Origin: Camelus ferus
Taxonomy: Eukaryota
Length of the DNA stretch: 64,000 nucleotides
Direction: 5' to 3'
Assembly: GCF_009834535.1 (NCBI RefSeq)
Contig: NC_045696.1
Coordinates: forward strand, 102,426,001-102,490,000
Made by a program: the position numbers and the translations under genes. This document shows positions 23,617-35,345 of the stretch, in pieces. The notes beneath the pieces are model-generated. The model made no database searches. It saw nothing but the letters and a program-made list of their open reading frames with translations, and was not told where the DNA came from. Position 1 is the stretch's first letter; every line of letters starts with the position of its first letter.

Positions 23617-24908
23617 CAAAGGAAAATTTCCTGAACAGACGAAAAGAGGCTTGTAGCCATCTATACATTTAAGCACAATTTTTTCTAGCAGAGTCGAATC
23701 TTTTGCTTAATAAGAAAGACCCTAGCATTTCAGAGCTCTTGCCTCTCTCAGCCTCATCTCATGCATATATGACTTCCCTGCCCCTAATCTTCGAGTCCAG
23801 AAACAGAAGTGATGGTGACAGCAAGAGCAGCAGTAACCACATCCCCTCTGAACAGGGTCAGTGGTCACCCAAGGGGCCCACCGCAGGTGAAGCATTGGAT
23901 GGAGAAACAGTGTGATGTCCACTGAGTCCGTGCCAGATGCTGTGAGGGGTAGGAGATGAGAAAACTCTGCCCCTGACTTCTGGGAGCTTACACTCTGGGC
24001 AGAGGCAACAAGTGAAGACAGTGGTTTCTTGTGTAATCCAGAGCAGCATGAGGCTTAAGAGGAACCCTGAAAGGAAAAGGATTATGGAACTGATCCTCCA
24101 CCCTGGCCAAACACTGGACAGCCCACAGAGCTGTACAAACTCCTGATGCCTGGGTCCACCCCCACCAACCTGACTTAACTGGTCTGGGCTGTAGCCTGAA
24201 CATGGGGATTTCTTAAAGCTTCCCAGATGATTCCAATGGGTAGCCAAGGTTTCCAACCACCAGATGGCAGGGACTTTGGAGGAGGGCGAGGTGTCATCCA
24301 GGTGCAGGAAATTGTCAAAGAGGAAGTGGTGGCAGGAATGGGCTGTAAAAGCTGGGAATGTGGGGGGGCAGTCGGGGAAAGGGACGATAAGGAGCAAGCC
24401 GCAGGTGCCACAGGGCCGGTGGGATGGCTTCCCGCCTGCTGGAGCAACAAGGAACCACCCATTGGCTAAGAAGTAACAGAGGCGATGGGGATGCTGCTCT
24501 CGTTTGCATCTAATTCTCAACCCTCAGGCTGTAACTAAGTATGTTGCCGAGACCACTGTCCAACAAGAAAAGCACCAACTCACAAAACCTGTGAATCATC
24601 AAGTTTTAAATCCCTGGCGTGCAGTACATTTGGGAGCCGCAGCTGCTGCCTGAACAAAAGAAGAAAAAATAACTGCTCCCTTCCAGCCCCCATGACCACA
24701 CAACGTCATCCGCCAAATCACTTCAAATTGTCTCCTCTTCACAACACTGGATCCAAAGATGAGAACTGCATCAGGGGCTGGCCTTGGTCTCCAAGAGCAC
24801 CCTTCTCCCGGTGCAACCTTGACAGAGAGCCAGCCCCGCCCTCCACCCCCCACCCCCCAGTCTGCACCAGCTCCAGTGAAGAGATGCCTGTTGCTTCACT
24901 CAGGGCTT

Positions 24909-25385
24909 GTGTAGGGTGGGGAGCGCTTCCCTCCTTCCCTTCTGGGTTCTGTGCCTGGTCTAATCATTAAGTTGACATGGATAGAGTCAAGGAAAAAAAC
25001 ACATGTTGTGCGTTTGGGAGCCTCATAAAACGACGAGACTCCCCAGCAGTCAGGTAACTGAGGCTTACATACCAGCCCGAGCTAAGGAGAAGGGGGCGGG
25101 GGCCTGGGGCTTCAAAGAGGAGGAAGGCAGTTCAAGAGAAGCAGGGAAGAGCAGATGTTTGGGAACAAATGTTTGCCACGCCGTGTAGATAAGTCCTTCG
25201 GCTATAAACACTCTCTCTGGTAATAGCCGTCTTCCTGGTCCAGGCCCCCTATCTAAATTCTTCTAGGCAGTGAAGTGGGAGGTACAAAGCTCCTTAGGAG
25301 TCTGCCGGGCCCCAAATGTCCTCAGCGTGAAAGAATCCACATGCCGGCGTGGCACCTCCTCGGGTGGCCGATTCTGCCCCTCCTC
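24909..25385 (-). mobile_element. ERV solo LTR-like element
   Basis: Starts tgtagggtgggg; gctaaggagaaggggg...ggggcttcaaag and aaagaatccacatgcc resemble laurasiatherian ERV1 LTRs. Confidence 0.55.
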
Positions 25386-25673
25386 GGCTGCCCGTGCGGG
25401 CGGCGTGGACGGCCATCCTCAGGGGCTTGTGCGCCTGCTGCTCCTTGTTAGGAGAGTAAATACGCCCTCCTGACGCCTGTCTTAGGAAGGGGTGTCCGGA
25501 GCATCACTTCTCAAATTTTAACTGCATCTGAATGCCCTGACAACTTTGTTAAAATGCAGATTCAGATTCCGAAGGTCTCAGATGGGATCTGAGGTTCTGC
25601 ATTTCCAGCCAGCTCCAGGGTGATGCTGATCTGCTGGTCCCTGGACCACACTTGGCGTCACCGGGGGCCAGAG

Positions 25674-28413
25674 CAGTGTTTCTCAGACTTGAGACTGGGT
25701 TAACAGGTGGTCCTTATCTGTCAAGGGATCTGCAAACAGTTTGGCAGTTTCAGAAATTAAGTGACAGAGCCATGTGGTTCACAGCCAGGGCGCTCAGATG
25801 AAATGCAGTATTAACTGTGACTTTTACAAAAATCCTTCTATTTTTAAAGTTTGTCCATGGCTGGTAAGGATGAGAATGTTGAGTTTGCCCCAGCTGCTAC
25901 TCAGTTAGCTAATCCTTCAGATATCTGATCTTCAGTAAGAAAGCAGAGCTTATCTTGATGAATACATTTTCTCCTTATTTGGGCAAAATGGCTGCATTTG
26001 TCATATACACATTTTTGTGGCTGGTATGGCGTCACCACAGTCCTAAAAATGGATCTAGACTCAGAAGTAGTTCATTGAAGCACAAAAGTGCAATAGAAAT
26101 AATAATGTAAAGACTATGATTCAAAATGTTATACATGTTGATACAAACAAGACTCAAGGGAGAGCTTCGATCTGGGGTGCTGGTGTCTGGGCAGGCAGGT
26201 GAAGCCACAAGGATGACCGCTTCACATAAGCAGCCAGAGGAGGTGCAGCTGAAACTCGGCAATCATCAGGTCACCCCTCCCTTGCGGGACATCATTTGTT
26301 AGAAGACGTGTCAGAGAGCGTAAAGCTTTACCTTCACTTCAGAGCAAGGAGGGAAACTTCTTTTAACTTCTGTGGTAAGATTCTTCTGTTTTGCTAGAAC
26401 AAGTACAAAATAATACCTTCCAGGACAAAATTAACAGATTTGGCCCAAAGTTGAAGAAGAGTCATAAGGCAGAGAAACATCATTAAAAGTTGTATGCCTA
26501 ACAGCAAAAAAAAAAAAAAAAAAAAAGAAGGATCGAACTCTACTTTTGCCAAAATGTCTGTTAAACCAGTTTCATTACAAATCTTATGCTTAGAGGGAAG
26601 ACAAGAGTGAACTTTCAGACACAATTTGCAAGGTGAAAAGCCTTTGTGGTCTTGTGTTTGCTAGTGGATATTTGTCTTTGGTTGGACAACAGCACCAACA
26701 AATAGAATATAAATCAGCTCTCAGCTTATGTGAAATAAATGAAGTAAAAATGCCCTGTAAGTTTTTGTTCTCTTTGTTACTAAAAGCCCTTGCTACAGAA
26801 AACACTGTCCCTTTCGAAAACGATTGTTTTGTGCCTGAAGAGGTAGACCAGGAAAGGCGTGTTCGGATCAGACTGACAAAATGTTGTTAGGTGGTCAAGG
26901 AGGCTTTTTCCGGCAAATGGAAAAGTCCACCCACTCACCACATTCTTCAGAGAGAACCTTGGTGATCATCAATATACCTCTTGACCCTTATGTATTCCAC
27001 AAATACTTAATGAGTATCTCCACTATGTCAGGCACTGTTCCAGGTGCTTAGAATACTGAGTAAACAAAACAAAGTTTCCTCCCCTCCAAACATTTACATT
27101 CCAGCAGAGAAAGGTAGACTCTAACAGTGAATATCTGGTAGATTACCACGGGATAATGCTGAACGAAGGGAAAATAGAAGAAGGTTGGAAATATAGGGTG
27201 GAGTAGGATGGAAGTTGGGATTTTTAAATAGGATAATCAGAGTAGGCTTCAGTGAGAAGATGGCATTTGAGCAAAGACTTGACAAAGGTGAGGGAGCAAA
27301 CCATGGAGATACCTGCAGGGAGAAAATTCTAGTCTTGTCTCAAATGATCAAGGACTGCAAGGAAGTGAGTGTGGCTAGAGCAAAGCTAGCAAGGAGGAAG
27401 GTTGTGGAAGATAGTCAGAGATGAAATTAGTAGGGCAAGGAGGTAGTTCATATTATATGAAATTATATTTTCACATTATATATGAAAATAAAGGTTTTTG
27501 TTTGACTTTTAGGGAAATGAGAACCAACTGCAGGGTGCAACAAATAACTGACAAAATCTGGTTTCTAAGAGGATCATTCCATCTACTGTGTTGAAAATAG
27601 GCTCTAGGGAGGTAATGAGAGAAATAAGGTATTTTGGTCAGCTAATGCTGCGTAACAACTACAAAATCTCAGCAACACAACAGTAAGCATTTATGTAGCT
27701 TGTGTGTCATGATTCGTTGTTGGGGGGTGGTGTCTGTTAATCCAGGCTGGGTCCTACTTGGCTAGTCCCACTGGTCAAGCCTTGCTGCACCTCCCATCTT
27801 TCCCTGGGCCCAGCAGGTAGACCTGGAATTTTCTCTTCATGAGAATCATTGGCATATAGATGGTATTTTAAGCCATAATCTTGATTTAACAAGAAAAAAA
27901 AGTTGCATATCAAATCAAATTGTAGCTACCACATGGGTACATGTGGTGGTGAGTCCTCTGTGCTCCGAAATACTCTGAATGTCAAGGGGAAAGGGGCTTA
28001 TATGGTTTTTTTTAAAATGGATGATAAAAATTTTTTTAACTTTGATGCTGGATTCTAGCGGAGACCATTTCAATAACTAATCATTTCAATCATATTGCTA
28101 AAGTTACACGTCACAGTCACATATTCAATGTCTTGAACAACCTGAACCTATCACTTCAGAGCTGAAATGCCATATTTTTAATATCAGAAATGAGACATCT
28201 GGATGTTTAAGAAATAAACAGTGGTGCAGACGAATCTATCCCTGGAAATAGCTATTTTCCAAAACAATTTCTTTTTTCTTTGGAGAGAGAAATATATGGC
28301 ATATTGAAAAGCTGTATCTAAATGTTACAAAAGATTATAAAGAAAACTTACAAATAAAACTAAATCATAAATAAGGAATCCGTTCACCAGCATCTCCCTG
28401 GTTGAAAGTCCCT
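25674..28413 (+). mobile_element. Fragmented hAT-Charlie (Buster-clade) transposon fossil, interrupted by L2 (about 26990-27620) and MLT1 (about 27625-27850)
   Basis: Decayed transposase motifs in the expected order: MD..LRSSSLKHK (about 26049), FAKMSVKPVSLQ (about 26545), IFNVLNNLNLSLQ (about 28120-28160). Charlie-like ends cagtgtttctca and ggttgaaagtccct. Confidence 0.55.
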
Positions 28414-29299
28414 ATTGCCACAGAAGGACATGCTAGTTGACAAGGGGGCTGATGGACATGAGGACACTGAGAAAGTGCTCTGTCATGCGGGGTCCCTGTC
28501 CTAGTCAGATACCCAGAACCATCCAACAGAGCCACCCTTCATGACCCTCCACTACCCAACACATAATTATGAATAAGGATTTTCAAATTTAGAAGAAATA
28601 CAAACTAAAAAGCAATGGACTACAGGGAAACTCATCTGTGGCTCAGACTCTCCACCACTGATACGTTCTAGGGATCTGTCTACAGATATGGATACGTCAG
28701 TGAAGGATGGTCAACTTACCATGTGTCTCTTGCTAGGACAAAGCAATTGTTCTTCATTGTGAATGCACTTTTCACTTCACTTTTTAAAAATTGTGTTCCA
28801 TCTTTTTTTCTCTGAAGATTGTGAGCCATGGGTGTATCAGCGGCTGCTAGGTATTCTTATAGGCTAAGGTTTTGAGAAACACATGCCAAGAAGGCACAAG
28901 TAAATCTAATTCAGTCACTCACCTACCGCCAGTCAGGTTACACTAAGTACTTTTGACAGCTAAGCTAGAGGAAGAAGTAGGGGAGGCTTTCCATTTGAAG
29001 GAAAAGAAAAATTACTCGCGATAATTTTCAGTCCTCAACACCCAGCGGTGCCAATAAGCCAAGCCAGTTAGAAGAAAGATGAAATAAGGACAGCCATGAA
29101 AACAGTGACCCGTCCACATTAAAAAGAAAAACACACACACAACTCCATTTAGCAGCTCAATGAAGATGACCTCTAGCCATCACACTTGTTACAGCGACGG
29201 CTTCTCCCTCCCACACCCACTAGACTCAGCTTTCTCATGTGGCCTGGAAACCAGGGGGAGGTGATCAGCATTCCATAAGCACTTGTGGTGGCTTTAACC

Positions 29300-29890
29300 T
29301 CGGAAGAGGCCGCGCTCTGAAGGGTGAAGTTGTCTCCATCATGTGTAATTAGCGCGTTGATGCCTCTCCCTCACTGCGCTCATCCCCCCGAGGGCAGCAT
29401 CAGTAGGTCAAGTTCAAGTGACGAAGGCAGGCAGCACAGCTGCGGAAGACGCGAGCGAGCCCTCGGTGGAGAGGGGGCGGGAACCCTGAGGTCTCGGAAC
29501 CAACACTGATGCCCTGGGAGACGCGAAAATTGTTTGAGCCTTATGACGTGTGACTCCCGTGTCTGGGGGCCGGGACAAGGAGCACGTGTCGGGCGTGGCC
29601 CGTGCGGCTGCGCCTCCCCCGCGGCCTCTCACGGGAACCCGGAGCCAGGTGAGGGCAGAGCGGGTGGCGGTGGAGCGAAGAGGAAGCGCGGCCAGACCAG
29701 AAGCTGTAATACACACACAGCCACGGAAGGACGTCGGGGCCAAAGAAAACGGTTGTTTCGACAAAGATGTTGGTTAAGCACAATTACGAGACCGCAGCGG
29801 AAATCGCAATGGACTGAAAGAGAGTGAGAAATATGGGTGCTGAGCCGCGCAAAGCTGAGTCAGCGCGGTCACACCGGGGAAGGGGCGGTG
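29300..29890. promoter_or_regulatory. Orphan CpG island-like region
   Basis: Roughly 45-50 CpG in about 580 bp by hand count. Contains TGACGTG, CACGTG and GCTGAGTCAGC (29854-29864). No recognisable repeat or coding exon. Confidence 0.7.
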
Positions 29891-30791
29891 GGGATGGAAG
29901 TGTCATTATCAGCTGAGCTGCCTGGGAGCGTTCCCTGTGTTTCTTTGTTCTTCTGTTCTAGACTGGTTAGAAGCAGGGGCATTTAGGACTGCTGCAGAGC
30001 AAACAGAGCCACAACGCAACGTTCTCAAGTTCTGAGGCTGAGTTTATACGCTGTGGGTAGTTCTGATCCAACTTCAACACTTACGGTCTTCTCCCCCTCA
30101 CAGGCACCCTGGCTAAGCTAATGGATTGGTTTCCCGCTCAAAGGTGTGCCGGGACCACACATGTGGATACAGCACGGGAGTGACCGTCGAACCCAGCAAA
30201 CATTCAAGAGTAAACTTGCCCCCTGAGACACCACCTGTAAGTCCCCTCCACAGTGCAGGAGTTCAGCCGTCTGTGGAAACCAACCAAAAGCCTGTAAATG
30301 TGTGACTGCAAAGATTGGGAATATTCAAAACTCCAGTCAAAGGGACCAGTGTGTGATTTTAAAGAAACAAAACCGAACTGTAACTGTAATTTAGGAACAT
30401 CAATCCTAATCAATTGTATTGTACCCAGCTGAAGAACAGCCTCGGGAACACAGGAGGCACGGCTGGCCTGGAGCTCCCAAAGGGGCAGCACAGGGACCCC
30501 ATCACTGACGGTGTTTGTTCAGGCCCATCGGGCTTGATGGGAGAGATTCCAAAGCTGGCGGCAACAGGGAGGGGCATTGTGCCACGGCCTGGGCTGACGC
30601 ATCAGGCCTGTCCCGGACGGAGCCCTGGTGCTGTCTGAGGGCCCTCGGGGCCACCACAGGTGGGGAGGAAACCCCCCACCAGATGCACGCAAAACAGCTC
30701 TCCCTCAATAACTCACACATACTAGACTTCTCTTGTTAAAAAATGTGCCTTCTTTTGAAAACTGTCCTGAATTAAATGCCCCCAAACTCTG

Positions 30792-30930
30792 ATTTTTTTA
30801 CTGAAATATAGTTGATTTACAATGTTGTGTTAATTTCTGGTGTACAGCATAGTGATTCAGTCATATTTCTTTTCATATTTTTTCATTATAGGCTTTTACA
30901 AGGTATTGAATATAGTTCCCTGGGCTATAG
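30792..30930 (-). mobile_element. Short L1 3' end (a smaller remnant lies at about 11605-11695)
   Basis: tgaaatatagttgatttacaatgttgtgttaatttctggtgtacagcatagtgattcag...gaatatagttccctg. Confidence 0.9.
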
Positions 30931-31611
30931 AACCTCTGATATATTAATACTTCCCTTTGCTCTGACTTCATAGCTACTAAGCAAGTTTCTGATAATTCTT
31001 CTCTACGAAAGGTAAAGGGGCTCCAAATTGTATCAGTACGAGGCACCAGCATTCAGTGTGCCCAATTATGGATGCATAAAATCCTGCTTAGTCATCAGTC
31101 TCTTTGGAGTTTAATTGGCTCCAGTGACTCCCAGGACCTACCCCAAGTCAGGTCAGCCTCCTGTCCGGCTGAGGCCCTCGATACCCTCGTGGGAGCTGGC
31201 CTTCCACTGCTGTCTTCAAGTTACAACATGGAAGTGTGAAAATTAAATGGTTAACTCCGTATTCGTCAACTGACAAAAACTCTTCTATTATGGTAAAACC
31301 CAGAGAAGGAGCAACTGGACAGATTTTCCTGGCAGCTGCTGTGGCAGAGGTAGGTTGGGGGGTGATTATTGGTGCAACACAGGAAGCAAGTGGAGAATCA
31401 AAGCCTTGAAAGCAAGGGGAGCATTTTTGAGGATGCACACAAACCAAAAGTGATTCTTTCCTCTTAAACTCAGAGGAAGCCACTCCCCAGGTGGCTCAGG
31501 AGAAGTTGTCTGTACACCTTCAGGAACATCACTCAAACACTGTGGCAGATGTTTGCAGAAGGCATTGGCTGGAGGAAGAAAAAAAAAAATCCCTCCAGCA
31601 TGTAAGCATCG

Positions 31612-32065
31612 GTGTGGAGCATTGCTGCTATAACAGATTACCACCAGTGCAGTTGCTTAAGTCAACACAAATTTGTTATCTTATGGTGCTAGAGGTCAGA
31701 AGTCCGAAATCAGTCTCAATGGCCTCACGTCAAGTTGTCGGCAGAGTCTGTTGCTCCTGGAGGGTCAGGAGGAGGATCTCCACCTTGTTCTCCATTTGCT
31801 GCCCCGGCCCTTGGTCCATCACCCCTCCCTGTACTCGCTCCAACCTCTTACTTCTGTTACCGTATTCCCTTCTCCTGACTGAGCCTCCTGATCCCTCCTC
31901 TTGTAAGGACTTTGTAATTACATCGGGCCCACTGGGTTATCCAGGGTCATCGCTTACTCTCAAAATCTTTAACTTAATCACACCTGCAAAGTCCCTTGCT
32001 CAGTGCAAGGTAACGTCCAAGGGTTTCAGAGATGAGGGCCTGGACATCTCCATTCTCAGCCTACA
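31612..32065 (-). mobile_element. MaLR LTR (MLT1D-like)
   Basis: ttgctgctataacagattaccac...cttaatcacacctgcaaagtccctt...aaggtaac. Confidence 0.85.
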
Positions 32066-32089
32066 GCAAGCATCACAGCCATGGGTGGA

Positions 32090-32418
32090 CTGAAAGGTAA
32101 ACCGAGGCAGAGTGAAAATTTTAAGAGTTTATTTGAGCAAAAATCTATTCTATTTGGGCAGCACCAAACCTGAAGTGGTTGGGGCCCTTGGCAGACAGAA
32201 GCCGGAGAGAGACTTAGGTAAGGATGGTGCAAACACAAAGAAAGGGAGTGATGTCACAAAGGGAGTGAGATCCTGGTTGGCTGTTGGTGATCGGTGGGCC
32301 TCGGCATTTTGAATATGTAACTGGGAGGCATTTACGGGTTCAGAGATGGGTTTGCTTATATAGGTCATCAAGGCATTAGAGCCCGTCTGATGGCCTCCTT
32401 GTTTAAATCATGGAACAG
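32090..32418 (-). mobile_element. ERV1-type solo LTR
   Basis: taaaccgaggcagagtgaaaattttaagagtttatttgagcaaaaatc...ttgggcagcacc; ends ...aaca; minus-strand AATAAA. Confidence 0.65.
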
Positions 32419-33089
32419 TTGAAACAGGAGTAAATGGCACAACTGAAATGCAATTGATAAACCTTAAAGACTGAGCTCCAAGGGGCTGCCTTCTAAAATT
32501 CAGAGAATTCTTTGTGCCTCGGACATCGATTCTGACTCAGAAAGAAGAGCATGTCTGAAGTGGGCTGGCATGGGTCCCTGTGGGACACAAATCACCTCGG
32601 GACGTCAGCACAGATCAGCAGAACTCCCAGGACCTGGGAGAGGACACTAACAACACCCAGCAGACACCCCCGAATCCCAGCCGCCTCCACATTCACCAAC
32701 TGGTAATCACCCCAGATTAAGAAGCATCCAGGATGTTTAGGGTCTGGGTGGGTTTTAGTTTATAATATATAGGCTGGATGAAAGCTGTGTCCTTCCGTGT
32801 GTTCTTAATTATTCCTTCTTGTTGTCTTTACGAAGTCCAGGGTAGGAAACTCCTCTAGAGCTTGTTAAGCAAGTAATCTGACCAGAGGTCCCAGCTAGAG
32901 CTGGTGGTCACTCTGCCAGGGCTTGAGCTGGGGAGCTCAGGTCAGCATCGCACATCATCTATGATTTGCCTCTCTTTCCAATGTGAGCCACGCTGAGAGA
33001 CACTCAGCGCAAAACGTCTCCCCAGACAACCCCATCACAAGCCTGTAACAAAGACCTGCTTCCTATCCAGCTGGCTTCCAGCCTGGGTC

Positions 33090-33400
33090 TGTCCGGATAC
33101 TGATTTGCCCTGTTTTTAGCTGTGTGATGGTGAACTTAACCTTCCTGGTTCCATCATCCATACAAAATAGCTCTTAATCTCTACCTTGCAGGTTATTATG
33201 ATTGCAATGAATAATGTAGAATTATAGCTAACAACAGAATATAGCACTCAATAAATAGTAGCTATTTGTTATCGTCATTGATATTATTTTCCAATCGGTG
33301 AAACAAGGATAATAATAGTCACACAATTTGTACAAATGAGCTACTGCGTGTTAAAAACCTCACTCGGGACCTAGCATGTAGAAGACGCTCAGTGACGATT
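33090..33400 (+). mobile_element. Two MIR fragments (other MIRs near 2850-2960, 9200-9300, 38000-38165, 45620-45830, 57560-57740, 60540-60670, 61947-62150, 63890-64000)
   Basis: tagctgtgtga...cttaacc..., gcactcaataaatagtagctatt and related core motifs. Confidence 0.7.
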
Positions 33401-33669
33401 CACTCCTAGTCCCCTTCTGCCCTGCATTCCTCACAATCACTCTGTTGGGTTAATAGAAAAAAAGAACTGTTGGCTCCAGAAAAATGCTGTCAAAATGTAA
33501 ACCTTTTTCCCTGGGACAAGGCCCTCCCCATCGGCTCAGCAGTACAGACTCATTGCTCAGATGAGCCCGCCATCAGCACTGCCCTGGGAGCCTGTCCCTC
33601 AGGGGGCAGGAAAGACTAGTTTTAATGGGGTGGGCCATTAAGGTGTGTAGGAGGGTACTTACCTCTCAT

Positions 33670-34220
33670 GAAAGGATCCTGTGAGTAACAAACACAGTTT
33701 TAAGAAGCTTAAGGAAAGACATGTAGGATGGAGAATTTGTTGGCTAATATAACTGAAAAGTCCAGTGGGCATAATCTGGTAAATATGACCAGATCCAGAT
33801 ACTCCAAAGATGTTGTCAAGAAGAGTGTCATGAGCCACCTCTTGGCTTTGCTTTCTTCTGTTTTTACTTTCTTCTATGTCTCAAGACGTGACCCTCCTCG
33901 GAGTGGCCCCTGGTCACCAGATTAGCAAACGCAATGGACAGAGGGAGCCTCTTTCTCAAGAGTTCCAGCAAAATCCCTCGGTCAGAATTCACTGGACCAA
34001 CTTGGGCAAGGCAACCAGCCCTACACAAGTCCCCGGGGCCAAAGGGATGGAATATGCTGTTGGCCAGGTGGACGGGACAGGCCCACCTTGGAGCTAAGAT
34101 AGGCAGAGTAGGGGAGGCTGTTTATTAACAGCTCCCACCTGGACTGAGTGGGTGATGAGTCATTTGCCAAAGAAAGAAAAAAGTGCTAAGGTGAAAAGAA
34201 ACAGAAGTAGATGCTAGAAA
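33670..34220 (-). mobile_element. Old MaLR LTR (MLT1L/N-like)
   Basis: ttggctaatataactgaaaagtccag ... ggccaaagggatggaatatgctgttggccagg. Confidence 0.65.
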
Positions 34221-35110
34221 AGCCAGTTCTTCAGAGGGCCTGGGCTGTCTGAGCAACCCGTGGTCTCTCCTAGAGATGCCAGGAGAAGCAGCTCCTCTGC
34301 TTACAGTTCTTACCCACCCTTTGATTAGCAGGGGACCACATCCCACCAGCCTTTCAAAATAGTCTCTAGAAAACCCATGATTCATCTTCTTTACAAGACT
34401 CTAGAAGATCTTACATCTTCAGAGGGTGAACCAAGATCTGGGGTTAAAGCCAGACAAAAAGCCACTGAAACTTGCGGCTCTGTCCTGGACGGGCTATCCT
34501 GCATGGGGTGGAGGGCAGAGAGCTGGGAATTAACCCCTTTGCTTGAGAAGCCTTGTCAAAGGATGCTTTAAATTGGTTTAAAAAAAAAAATCTTAAAAAT
34601 CACAAAGTTTGTTGATCGGATCATTGATCGGGTCCCCACGAAAGGGGGCTACACTGATCAGCTATTTGTTCCTGACCTGAAGTGTCCTAGCTCCTGATCA
34701 GTCCTTAATCCCTGGCAGCTATGCAGTCTCCCCACTTACCAATTCCTGTCTTATGCAGAACTTTATCAAAGGCTTCTAGAAAGACTAAATAAATTATAGC
34801 AACAAGTCCCTTTTATCCACTGCTTTATTTCAAGGACTTCTGACGGGTTCAAGAGGCATAATTTTACTCACTCCAAAGGCATGCCAGCTTGTTCCATTCA
34901 AATTCCACCCATCTAGGTGCTTCAGAAGACTCTTGAGTGATTCAGTTTACCTCGTCTGTCTCGGCCTCGTTACAGGGGAGCTGTATCATCAGTTTGTGAT
35001 TCCCAAGGATGCAATTCTTTCTTCAGCCTCTGCTGAGTACCATACATGTGGCTTAAATTAAAAACAGAACAAGGTACTGGCCCGTTTGTCCTCAGCTCTC
35101 CAAAGTCTGC

Positions 35111-35345
35111 TTTTTTTTTTTTTAATTGAAAAACAGTCAGTTACAATGTGTTAATTTCTGGTGTACAGCACAATGTCCCAGTCACGCATATACATACATA
35201 TATTCATTTTTATATTCTTTTTTGTTAAAGGTTATTACAAGATATTGAATGTAGTCCCCTGTGCTATACAGAATAATTTTTTAAATCTATTTTTATATAT
35301 CTTGTCTAACATTGGCAAATCTCAAACTCCCAAATTTATCCCTTC
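35111..35345 (-). mobile_element. Young 5'-truncated L1 with 15-bp TSD
   Basis: Poly(T) plus L1 3' UTR; TSD ccaaag(t/c)ctgctttt at 35100 and 35346. Confidence 0.93.

Noticed and set aside
23858..24520. 220-aa minus-strand ORF
   Set aside because: Crosses MER5 and L2 fragments; no recognisable domain.
31491..32093. 200-aa ORF
   Set aside because: Almost entirely inside an MLT1D LTR; no protein-like features.
34620..34665. Hammerhead ribozyme (CGAAA and CTGA motifs)
   Set aside because: The core would need CUGAnGA but reads CTGATCA, and the stem order does not fit.
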